A stretch of DNA of 21,784 bases from Candidatus Zixiibacteriota bacterium (GTDB taxonomy: Bacteria > Zixibacteria > MSB-5A5 > CAIYYT01): contig JBECKX010000106.1 in NCBI GenBank assembly GCA_040235515.1, positions 1 to 21,784 on the forward strand, read 5' to 3'. Both the position numbers and the translations under genes were made by a program. Under the pieces are notes generated by a model that did not search any database, was not told where the DNA came from, and saw nothing but the letters and a program-made list of their open reading frames with translations. Position 1 is the first letter of the stretch, and the number at the start of each line of letters is the position of its first letter. Shown here in pieces: positions 8,562 through 16,205 of this stretch.

Positions 8562-8873
8562 CTACTCCGGCCTCCATTGGTATCTAGCAAGATTGATTCT
8601 ATCATCCCGGTCAAACTTAACCCCCTCCTTGATCAGCAGCGATTTCTGCAATTCGTATCCGTTGCCCTTTTCGAGCGAGATGCCACCCTGCTTATTGATT
8701 ACCCGATGCCACGGCAGTTCTTCGCTGCTCGAGTACGCATTGAGTAATCGCACCACCTGGCGTGCCGCGCGAGGGCTGCCGGCGAGCGCAGCGACCTGGC
8801 CATAGGTGACCACGCAGCCACGCGGAATCGCCTTGAGCACCCGGATGACATCAGCGGAAAATTGGCTCGGCAT
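8562..8873 (-). CDS. atl: Alkyltransferase-like protein (MGMT family, Atl/YbaZ type)
   Basis: IPRGCVVTYGQVAALAGSPRAARQV and PWHRV (Trp in place of the catalytic Cys of PCHRV). 103 aa from ATG 8873. Confidence 0.9.
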   Translation of the reverse strand: MPSQFSADVIRVLKAIPRGCVVTYGQVAALAGSPRAARQVVRLLNAYSSSEELPWHRVINKQGGISLEKGNGYELQKSLLIKEGVKFDRDDRINLARYQWRPE

Positions 8874-8950
8874 GATTGAGTGACTCCCTGTCGCTAAGTT
8901 CAGGGGGAAATATAAGCTGCATACTTCTGAATGTGGAGCACAAATAAAAT

Positions 8951-9457
8951 GACCGAACCCGGAGAGTGGCCGCCGCATCGATTCGGGGAGGAGTGAATCG
9001 ACGCGACTCGTAGTTGAGACTACTCGGGCACGAGTTTGGGAAATCCACTTCCGGCATCATTACCGCTCATCTGCATTCCCGGAAGGTACTGACCGGGAGG
9101 CAGGGAGGTGTCGACGGTCGCGGCGAGATTAAGTCTCTCCGGCAAACCCACTCACTGGAAGCAATCTCTGGAGGCACTGCTTAACGGGCGGCGGCGAGCG
9201 CAGGTACTGATCAGTTCGAGTGCGCTGTGACTGACAAGTAGCGCAGGTTCCTTGGCCGCGGATAGTTCGACAATCGGTTGCGCGAATGTGACTCGCCCGC
9301 GAGTCGGTTGCCGCGAAACGTCGCTTGCTTGCCGTGTGCAAGCGGTCTCGCCGGACATTTTGAGCGAATGATGCTGTTGAGTGAAGTTCGTGCCCCTGGC
9401 CTGTTTCTCCCGCCAGAGCATCAACGGGATCTGCAGGCGTTTACGCCGGGTTCGGTC
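8951..9457 (+). ncRNA. Candidate large structured non-coding RNA of unassigned class (~507 nt)
   Basis: Perfect 12-bp terminal helix 8951-8962/9446-9457. Nested long-range helices 9026-9037/9384-9395, 9046-9050/9379-9383, 9052-9061/9367-9376, 9064-9069/9361-9366, 9106-9112/9354-9360 and 9121-9130/9344-9353, plus many local hairpins. Non-Watson-Crick pairs are mostly G-U on the + strand. No credible ORF. Confidence 0.75.
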
Positions 9458-9614
9458 GCACGGACTTACTGCATGGTTCGTATCCCCAGTTATCGGAGTG
9501 ATTCACTCCATATCTGATTCATTCCGGCACATTGTCCGAAATTGAAACGCCGTGTGCAGGCGCTGAACAACAGCGCTTGACCTGCAAGCATAATCATGCT
9601 TGCTTATCCACACC

Positions 9615-10142
9615 ATGGACCAGAAATCGTATGACCACCAAAGCGAGATACTCATTCGTGATCTGAATGGGGCCGACTCTCTCGAGGAACTCACCATCCT
9701 CCTCAACCGCGCCTATGGCTACCTGCAGCGGATGGGTCTGAAGTTTCTGGCGACCCATCAGGATGCCTCCATCACCCGGCGTCGCGTTGAAAGCGCGCGC
9801 TGCTTCGTGATCGAAATCGCCGGCGAGATCGTCGGCACGGCCTGCTACTACGACCCGGAACACTCTCGCGGCTGCAGCTTCTACGAGCGGCCCGATGTCG
9901 GTACCCTGGCACAACTTGCGGTCAAACCGGAGCTTCAAGGTAAGGGTCTGGCGACTCGCCTGGTGCAACGCGTAGAAAAACAGGCTCGCGCCGATGGCTG
10001 CAATTATCTCGCCCTCGATACGGCGGAACCGGCGCACCACCTGATCGAGTGGTACAACCGCATGGGATATGAGTTCATCTGTTATCACCAATGGCCGGTA
10101 ACCAACTACCGCAGCGTGGTGATGGCCAAGAGGCTGGCGTGA
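9615..10142 (+). CDS. GNAT family N-acetyltransferase
   Basis: LAVKPELQGKGLATRLV acetyl-CoA motif A; LALDTAEPAHHLIEWYNRMGYEF. Start at ATG 9615 or TTG 9600. Confidence 0.92.
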   Translation: MDQKSYDHQSEILIRDLNGADSLEELTILLNRAYGYLQRMGLKFLATHQDASITRRRVESARCFVIEIAGEIVGTACYYDPEHSRGCSFYERPDVGTLAQLAVKPELQGKGLATRLVQRVEKQARADGCNYLALDTAEPAHHLIEWYNRMGYEFICYHQWPVTNYRSVVMAKRLA

Positions 10143-10234
10143 GCCACCCCGCCAATTCCCCTTTCCTTTCTTGCAGCAAAGTATAGATTTCCGGTCAGGT
10201 TTGATCAACAGGAGCCCCGACCCAGGAAGATTGC

Positions 10235-11557
10235 TTGAATAAAGATATCCTCAGACTCGCGATCCCCAGCATCATCAGCAATATCTCGATCCCGTTACTC
10301 AGCTCGGTCGACACGGCGCTGGTGGGGCATCTCTCCGAAGAATACTACCTGGGCGGCGTCGCCGTCGGCAGCATGATCTTCAATACCCTTTTCTGGGCCT
10401 TCGGATTCCTGCGGATGGGTACCACCGGCATGACGGCGCAAGCCTATGGTGCCACCGACGAACCGCAGGCAATCCACACGCTGCTGCGGGCACTCGCGGT
10501 CGCGTGGATAGTCAGCCTGCTGCTGCTCGCACTGCAGCAGTTGATCAGCGCAGCGGCATTTTACCTGGTGGACTCATCCGAAGATGTCACCACACAGGCA
10601 GCCATCTATTTCAACATCCGTATCTGGTCGGCGCCGGCCGAGTTGTCGATTTATGCCTTCAATGGCTGGTTCCTCGGAATGCAGAATGCGCGCTACCCGA
10701 TGATCATGGCGATCTTCATAAACAGCCTGAACATCATCCTCGATGTTGTTTTCGTCAACGTGCTCGGGATGAAGACCGACGGTGTCGCGCTGGGAACGGT
10801 GATCGCAAACTATGCCGGAGTGACGCTGGCTATCATCCTCTTTGCGATCAGCTACCGGGGATACCTCAAGAAAGTTGTTAAGTCACGGCTGATGCAGATC
10901 GAGAAGCTCAAGGAGTTTTTCTCGATCAATACCGATATCTTCTTCCGCACCCTGTTGTTGACGCTCGCCTACGCCTTCTTCACCGCCATCTCCGCAGACC
11001 ATGGCGACACGATCCTGGCGGCGAACACGATCCTGCTGCAGTTGCTGATGGTCCTCTCGTATGGCATCGACGGCTTTGCATTTGCCGGCGAAAGTCTGGT
11101 CGGCAGGTTCTTCGGCGCGCGCGATCCGGAACAGCTCAAGCGAGCCATCAAGCATATCTTCGCCTGGGCCACCGCGATCGCGGTCGCCGTCTCGCTCTGC
11201 TATCTCCTGCTCGAACGCTCAATCATCGGTATCTATACCGACAATCCCGATGTTATCGCCGTAACACGAGGTGTCTACCTCTGGGTAATCATTGCCCCGC
11301 TCGTGAATACTTATTGCTTTATCTGGGATGGCGTGTTTATCGGCGCGACGGCCACGCGAGCGATGTTGATCTCGATGGTGGTTGCGACGCTCGTATTCTA
11401 TTTTCCGATTTACTATCTTCTCGAGGGTACGATCGGCATTCACGCGCTCTGGCTGGCTATGACGATGTTCATGGCGGTGCGCGGGATCACGCTCACCCTC
11501 TACGCGAAGCGCAGAGTTGTTGACCGTGTGCCGACAGCCACGCAGTTGCAAACGTGA
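10235..11557 (+). CDS. dinF: MATE family efflux transporter, DinF-like
   Basis: LAIPSIISNISIPLLSSVDTALVGHL, FGFLRMGTTG, GWFLGMQN and DGFAFAGESLVG; about 12 hydrophobic segments. Confidence 0.9.
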   Translation: MNKDILRLAIPSIISNISIPLLSSVDTALVGHLSEEYYLGGVAVGSMIFNTLFWAFGFLRMGTTGMTAQAYGATDEPQAIHTLLRALAVAWIVSLLLLALQQLISAAAFYLVDSSEDVTTQAAIYFNIRIWSAPAELSIYAFNGWFLGMQNARYPMIMAIFINSLNIILDVVFVNVLGMKTDGVALGTVIANYAGVTLAIILFAISYRGYLKKVVKSRLMQIEKLKEFFSINTDIFFRTLLLTLAYAFFTAISADHGDTILAANTILLQLLMVLSYGIDGFAFAGESLVGRFFGARDPEQLKRAIKHIFAWATAIAVAVSLCYLLLERSIIGIYTDNPDVIAVTRGVYLWVIIAPLVNTYCFIWDGVFIGATATRAMLISMVVATLVFYFPIYYLLEGTIGIHALWLAMTMFMAVRGITLTLYAKRRVVDRVPTATQLQT

Positions 11558-11654
11558 TGGGAAACCTCAAATCGAGCAATATTCTCAAATCTGAAAATCA
11601 GTTACGGCTGTATAGATATTATGAATTTGACTTTGTTCGACTCCGCTGGAGGCA

Positions 11655-13718
11655 ATGATGAAATCGCGAAATCTACTATGGATAAGTCTGCTGGTCGCCG
11701 GGCTCTTACTCTTTTCGTGCGCATCCGATGCAACGCAGGGAGAGGGGAGCAGCACTCAAACCTCGGAGAGTCAGGCGACAGAGAACGCAGAACCAGAGAG
11801 CGAGCCGGTTGTGCTGTCTGAAGAGCAACTGAACGGGTCACTTGATGCGCCCGATTTCCCCGATGGCGTGGAATGGCTCAATACCGGATTTCCGCTGGCA
11901 ATGGTTCAACTTCGTGGCAGCGTGGTGTTGCTCGATTTCTGGACCTTCTGCTGCATCAACTGCATGCATGTGCTGCCCGATCTCGCCCGGCTTGAGGAGA
12001 AATACAAGGATGACCTGATCGTCATCGGAGTGCACTCGGCGAAGTTCACCAATGAGAAATCGACGGACGCAATTCGTGAGGCAATCCTGCGCTATGATAT
12101 TCATCACCCGGTAATCAACGACGATCAATTCGAGGTCTGGAACCAGTATGGCATTCGCGCCTGGCCCTCATTCGTGTTGATCAATCCCGATGGCAAGATC
12201 ATCGGCACTCACAGCGGTGAAGGTATCTATGATCTCTTCGATGATGTCATCGGTCAGACGGTTGACTACTTCGGGAAGCAGGGTAAGCTGAAGCAGAAGC
12301 ATTTCCAGTTCGTCCGAGAAATCCAGATGTCGCAGCAACATATCCTCCGCTATCCGGGCAAAATCGTTGCGACGGAAGATGACAAACTGCTGATCACCGA
12401 CTCGAACAACAACCGGCTGCTCCTGGTGCGGCCCGATGGCCAGATCGAGCTGGTGATCGGCTCAGGCAAACAAGGCCTGGCAGACGGCAGCTTTGCAGAG
12501 GCACAGTTCAACAAACCACAAGGGGTTGTGCAGGATGGCGATAAACTCTACATCGCCGACACCGAGAATCACGTGATCAGAGTCGCTGACCTCGATGACC
12601 AGACGGTCAAGACCGTACTGGGCACCGGCAAGCAGGCCCGCCGCTACAATGTCAGTGGCAAGGGTCGCAATATCGCGCTCAACTCACCCTGGGATCTGCA
12701 ACTTGTCGCCGACAAGCTCTACATCGCGATGGCGGGGTCGCATCAAATCTGGGTTGCAGACACCGACTCGTGGGAGGCGAAGCCTTACGCCGGATCGGCT
12801 GCCGAGAACATCGTCGACAGCACGCTGCTGGATGCAAATCTTGCCCAACCGAGCGGCCTGACCACCGATGGAAAGAAACTATACTTCGCTGACAGTGAAA
12901 CCAGTTCGATCCGCTCAGCCGATCTCGATCAGAACGGTGAAGTGGAAACGATCATCGGTCAGGGACTTTTCGAATATGGTGACATCGATGGCACATTCCC
13001 GGATGCCCGCCTGCAGCACCCGCTTGGAGTTGTCTACCATGATGGCCTGCTGTATGTCGCCGATACCTACAATCACAAGATCAAGGTAATCGATCCCGAG
13101 AAGAAGTCTGCGACCACCCTTGCCGGTACCGGTGCTCGCGGCTGGAGAGATGGTGGTTTTACCCAGGCCCAATTCGATGAGCCCTCGGGACTCACCTTTC
13201 TAAATGGCAAGCTCTATGTCGCCGACGCCAATAACCATCAGATCAGAGTCCTCGACCCTGTCACGAAACAGGTCAGCACGCTGATGCTCAAGAATGTCGG
13301 TATGCTGGCCGGGCAGACGATGGACAACTTCGATGGCCGTATCATTGAAGTTCCGAAACGGATGCTGCACACTGGCAATTCCGCCGTTAGTTTCGCCCTG
13401 GTGATGCCGCCGGGGTATAAACTCAATCAGGAAGCCCCGTTCCATGTCGACTTTCATACCGAGAGCGATAACATCAAGTTTCGTGCTGATCCGAGCCAGA
13501 TTGTGCTCGACCGACAGAAGCTGACGTTCGAAATCCCCCTTGAGGTTGAAAAAGGTGATGCCGAAATTACGGTTGATGCAGTCGTCTATATGTGCGACGA
13601 GAAATCAGGACTTTGCCTGTTCGATAACTTCAGGATCAAGGTACCTTTTGAGGGTAGCGATAGCGGCGGTGGAATGTTCGGTGTCGCGGTTAACCTGCGC
13701 ACCAGCCCGAGGATGTAG
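11655..13718 (+). CDS. Lipoprotein with thioredoxin-like domain and NHL-repeat beta-propeller (NHLRC2/SOQ1-like)
   Basis: Lipobox LLFS-C, DFWTFCCINC, GVHSAKF and multiple LYIADTENH/LYFADSETS-type repeats; GGAGG RBS. Confidence 0.92.
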   Translation: MMKSRNLLWISLLVAGLLLFSCASDATQGEGSSTQTSESQATENAEPESEPVVLSEEQLNGSLDAPDFPDGVEWLNTGFPLAMVQLRGSVVLLDFWTFCCINCMHVLPDLARLEEKYKDDLIVIGVHSAKFTNEKSTDAIREAILRYDIHHPVINDDQFEVWNQYGIRAWPSFVLINPDGKIIGTHSGEGIYDLFDDVIGQTVDYFGKQGKLKQKHFQFVREIQMSQQHILRYPGKIVATEDDKLLITDSNNNRLLLVRPDGQIELVIGSGKQGLADGSFAEAQFNKPQGVVQDGDKLYIADTENHVIRVADLDDQTVKTVLGTGKQARRYNVSGKGRNIALNSPWDLQLVADKLYIAMAGSHQIWVADTDSWEAKPYAGSAAENIVDSTLLDANLAQPSGLTTDGKKLYFADSETSSIRSADLDQNGEVETIIGQGLFEYGDIDGTFPDARLQHPLGVVYHDGLLYVADTYNHKIKVIDPEKKSATTLAGTGARGWRDGGFTQAQFDEPSGLTFLNGKLYVADANNHQIRVLDPVTKQVSTLMLKNVGMLAGQTMDNFDGRIIEVPKRMLHTGNSAVSFALVMPPGYKLNQEAPFHVDFHTESDNIKFRADPSQIVLDRQKLTFEIPLEVEKGDAEITVDAVVYMCDEKSGLCLFDNFRIKVPFEGSDSGGGMFGVAVNLRTSPRM

Positions 13719-13806
13719 CTTCCCCCACTAAACAAAATTGGACATTCTACGTTATGTTCATTAGGTAACCTGGATCTTACTAAGGCATAACAGGTAGGGT
13801 CATAGT

Positions 13807-14688
13807 ATGAGAAAAATCGTGGGCATTCGCGTCATTTGTTCTATCGTCATTGCCGTCATGGCGGCCATCTTCTGTGGAGCGTGCAACGATTCACCTACGC
13901 AGGATCAGATGGATGTGCGCGCCTTTCTGGATAAACCCTTCACTATCCATATCGGGCAGACTGCCAATGTATTCGAGACTGGTATCTCGATCACTTTCAG
14001 AAAGTATGCCTTTGATTCCCGCTGCTGCGACTTCTGCTTCTGTGTCTGGGAGGGGATCGCTGCTGCGGATTTGTGGATCCAAACAGATGACTTCAATGGA
14101 CCATTCTACCTCTATCTCAGTGGCAGCGGCAGTGACGCCGACATTGAGAAGATGAAGCGCACGCTCTCCGGCTACGAGTTCTCCCTCATCAGTCTGGAAC
14201 CTATCTGGCCGTATGAAGGACTTGACAAGACCACGACAGTTCCGCGACCGCCCGGTGAAGCACGATTGGTCGTCAGACTGGCTTCTGACTCCGACTCGCT
14301 CACCGGCAGCGTGACTCCTCTTGAGATTCCCCCCATCACGACTCAAGTTACGAGTTTCCAGTTGAACGCCGCCTCGGCGGAGGATCACATCCTAACCATC
14401 GACCTGTCTTACTCAGGTGGCTGCAATCTTCACTACTTCTGGGCAATCATGTCACCGGCTAGCTTTACCGAAAGCGATCCACGTTCAGCTGATATCTATC
14501 TGCGCCACGCAAGCTTTGATCCGTGTGATGCCTTCTTCACCGACCGACTCTACTTCGATCTGACGCCGGTGATGGACGCATATATCGAGGAATATGGGCG
14601 GCTCGACCCGATTAAGTTGAATATCTATAATTTCTTCGAGACCGAGCCGGGCGAGAAGCTGGAGGTACTCTTTAATCCCGAAGAATAG
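13807..14688 (+). CDS. Cys-containing two-domain putative lipoprotein of unknown function
   Basis: Signal peptide ending FCGA-C; DSRC...CVWEG motif in the N-domain and YSGGC...H-Y-F...C in the C-domain. Confidence 0.7.
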   Translation: MRKIVGIRVICSIVIAVMAAIFCGACNDSPTQDQMDVRAFLDKPFTIHIGQTANVFETGISITFRKYAFDSRCCDFCFCVWEGIAAADLWIQTDDFNGPFYLYLSGSGSDADIEKMKRTLSGYEFSLISLEPIWPYEGLDKTTTVPRPPGEARLVVRLASDSDSLTGSVTPLEIPPITTQVTSFQLNAASAEDHILTIDLSYSGGCNLHYFWAIMSPASFTESDPRSADIYLRHASFDPCDAFFTDRLYFDLTPVMDAYIEEYGRLDPIKLNIYNFFETEPGEKLEVLFNPEE

Positions 14689-14708
14689 TCCCCGGTTGAT
14701 TCCGGGGA
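14689..14708. other. Intercistronic stem-loop
   Basis: TCCCCGG-TTGATT-CCGGGGA, a perfect 7-bp stem immediately after the stop codon. Confidence 0.5.
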
Positions 14709-16013
14709 GTGAAGTTCAAACAATCTCTAACATTCTCCAAATGTGAGGTCAAAATGTTGGTGCGTCGATGCAGATCAGGACAAATCGCATCGTTGAGCAT
14801 ATTGACAAGCTTTCTCGCACTGCTGCTGCTCGGATGTGGCGATGGCGGCGTTGAGCCGCAACCCGTTCATCGTGAACTAACGCAGTTGGAGAAACAGCTC
14901 GTAAACTCCGGCAATGATTTCAGTTTCAAGTTGTTCCGCAAACTGGTCGAGATGGAGTCCCGGGAAGAGCAGCAAAACATTTTCGTGTCCCCCTTTAGCG
15001 TGTCGATGTCACTGGGCATGGTTTACAACGGTGCGGCCGGTGAGACAAAGACAGCGATGGAGGAGTGCCTCACACTCAGCGGCATGAGCGTAGAGGAAAT
15101 CAACCAGTCATATCAAAGCCTGATCGATTTCTTCACGCAGCTCGATCACTCGGTCACCGTCGATGTCGCAAACTCGATCTGGTACAGGCAGGATATGCCA
15201 TTTCGCCAGGAGTTCCTCGATCTCAACCAGGAATACTTCGATGCTGAAGTTGCCGGGCTCAATTTCAGTGATCCCCGCTCCGTCAATACAATCAACGATT
15301 GGGTCTCCTCAGCCACGAATGGTCGCATCCCGACTATCGTTGATGAGATCTACTCCAATGAAGTGATCTTCCTGGTGAATGCGATTTACTTCAAGGGGGA
15401 CTGGACCACCATTTTTGAAGACTCCAGGACCAAGCCGATCAGCTTCACCAAACCCGACAGCACCACGGTAACCGTCAACGGCATGCATATGTCGCATGCT
15501 CCAATGAAATTCATGGCCAACGATGATGTCACCGGGCTACAGATGCCGTATGGCGACGGCGATTTTGCCATGACCCTGTTGATGCCGCTCGAGGGTGTCG
15601 ATATCGATGCACTGCTTGCCAACCTGGATGAGCAGCTATGGCAGGAAATCCAGAGCTCAATGCGAGCTGGCAAGAACGATATCATGGTGCCCAGATTCAG
15701 GCTCAGCTACTCGCTGAAGCTCAATGATGTGCTTTCAGAACTCGGGATGGAGGTGGCATTCGACGCCGACCGTGCCGATTTCGATGGGATGTGCGAGGAG
15801 TGCGCCATCTATCTCAGTCGCGTAATGCACAAGACTTTTGTGCAGGTCGACGAGAAGGGAACCGAGGCTGCGGCGGCAACTTCTTCGAGCGGAGCAGTCG
15901 GCGCCGCTCCACCGATGTGGATTTTCAATCGGCCATTTATCTACGTGATCCATACCACTAACCCAGATGTGATCCTCTTCATGGGGAAGATGGTTGAGCC
16001 AGTCTGGGAGTAG
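14709..16013 (+). CDS. Serpin family protease inhibitor, lipoprotein
   Basis: NIFVSPFSVS, INDWVSSATNGRI, LVNAIYFKGDW, hinge VDEKGTEAAAAT and FNRPF. Lipobox LLLG-C; the true start may be ATG 14754. Confidence 0.95.
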   Translation: MKFKQSLTFSKCEVKMLVRRCRSGQIASLSILTSFLALLLLGCGDGGVEPQPVHRELTQLEKQLVNSGNDFSFKLFRKLVEMESREEQQNIFVSPFSVSMSLGMVYNGAAGETKTAMEECLTLSGMSVEEINQSYQSLIDFFTQLDHSVTVDVANSIWYRQDMPFRQEFLDLNQEYFDAEVAGLNFSDPRSVNTINDWVSSATNGRIPTIVDEIYSNEVIFLVNAIYFKGDWTTIFEDSRTKPISFTKPDSTTVTVNGMHMSHAPMKFMANDDVTGLQMPYGDGDFAMTLLMPLEGVDIDALLANLDEQLWQEIQSSMRAGKNDIMVPRFRLSYSLKLNDVLSELGMEVAFDADRADFDGMCEECAIYLSRVMHKTFVQVDEKGTEAAAATSSSGAVGAAPPMWIFNRPFIYVIHTTNPDVILFMGKMVEPVWE

Positions 16014-16044
16014 CGCCCCCCACTCTGACCATTGCAGTATCTGA

Positions 16045-16080
16045 AGGGACACCGCTGACGATGTGGTGTCCCTCTCCGTC
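16045..16080 (+). terminator. Terminator-like hairpin after the serpin gene
   Basis: AGGGACACCGC (16045-16055) pairs with GTGGTGTCCCT (16063-16073); weak pyrimidine tail. Confidence 0.5.
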
Positions 16081-16205
16081 TGGAGGCCTTCCCCCTCGTT
16101 TTAGCTGTTGAACTCCCCGGTGCGATTTACTAACTTCGATCGAATCTGTAAACCTCTAACATCTGGAATATACCAGGCACGTAAGTGCAAAGGAGCTCTG
16201 ACTTA

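Noticed and set aside
8951..9457. RNase P RNA, tmRNA, SRP, cobalamin riboswitch or group II intron identity
   Set aside because: There are faint RNase P echoes (GGCAAACCC...AGCAA, GAAUGA), but GAGGAAAGUCC and AGAACCCGGCUUA are absent. I see no tRNA-like CCA end, SRP GGAAG loop, B12 box or GUGCG/domain V. A covariance-model search is still needed.
8951..9457. MITE with 12-bp terminal inverted repeats
   Set aside because: No target-site duplication in the flanks (AATAAAAT versus GCACGGAC), and the G-U-rich nested helices point to selection on RNA.
8851..9706. Short ORFs in the atl-GNAT intergenic region
   Set aside because: Mutually overlapping, with no motifs or convincing RBS; the region is better explained by RNA structure.
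9594..10208. 204-aa minus-strand ORF
   Set aside because: Antisense to the clear GNAT gene.
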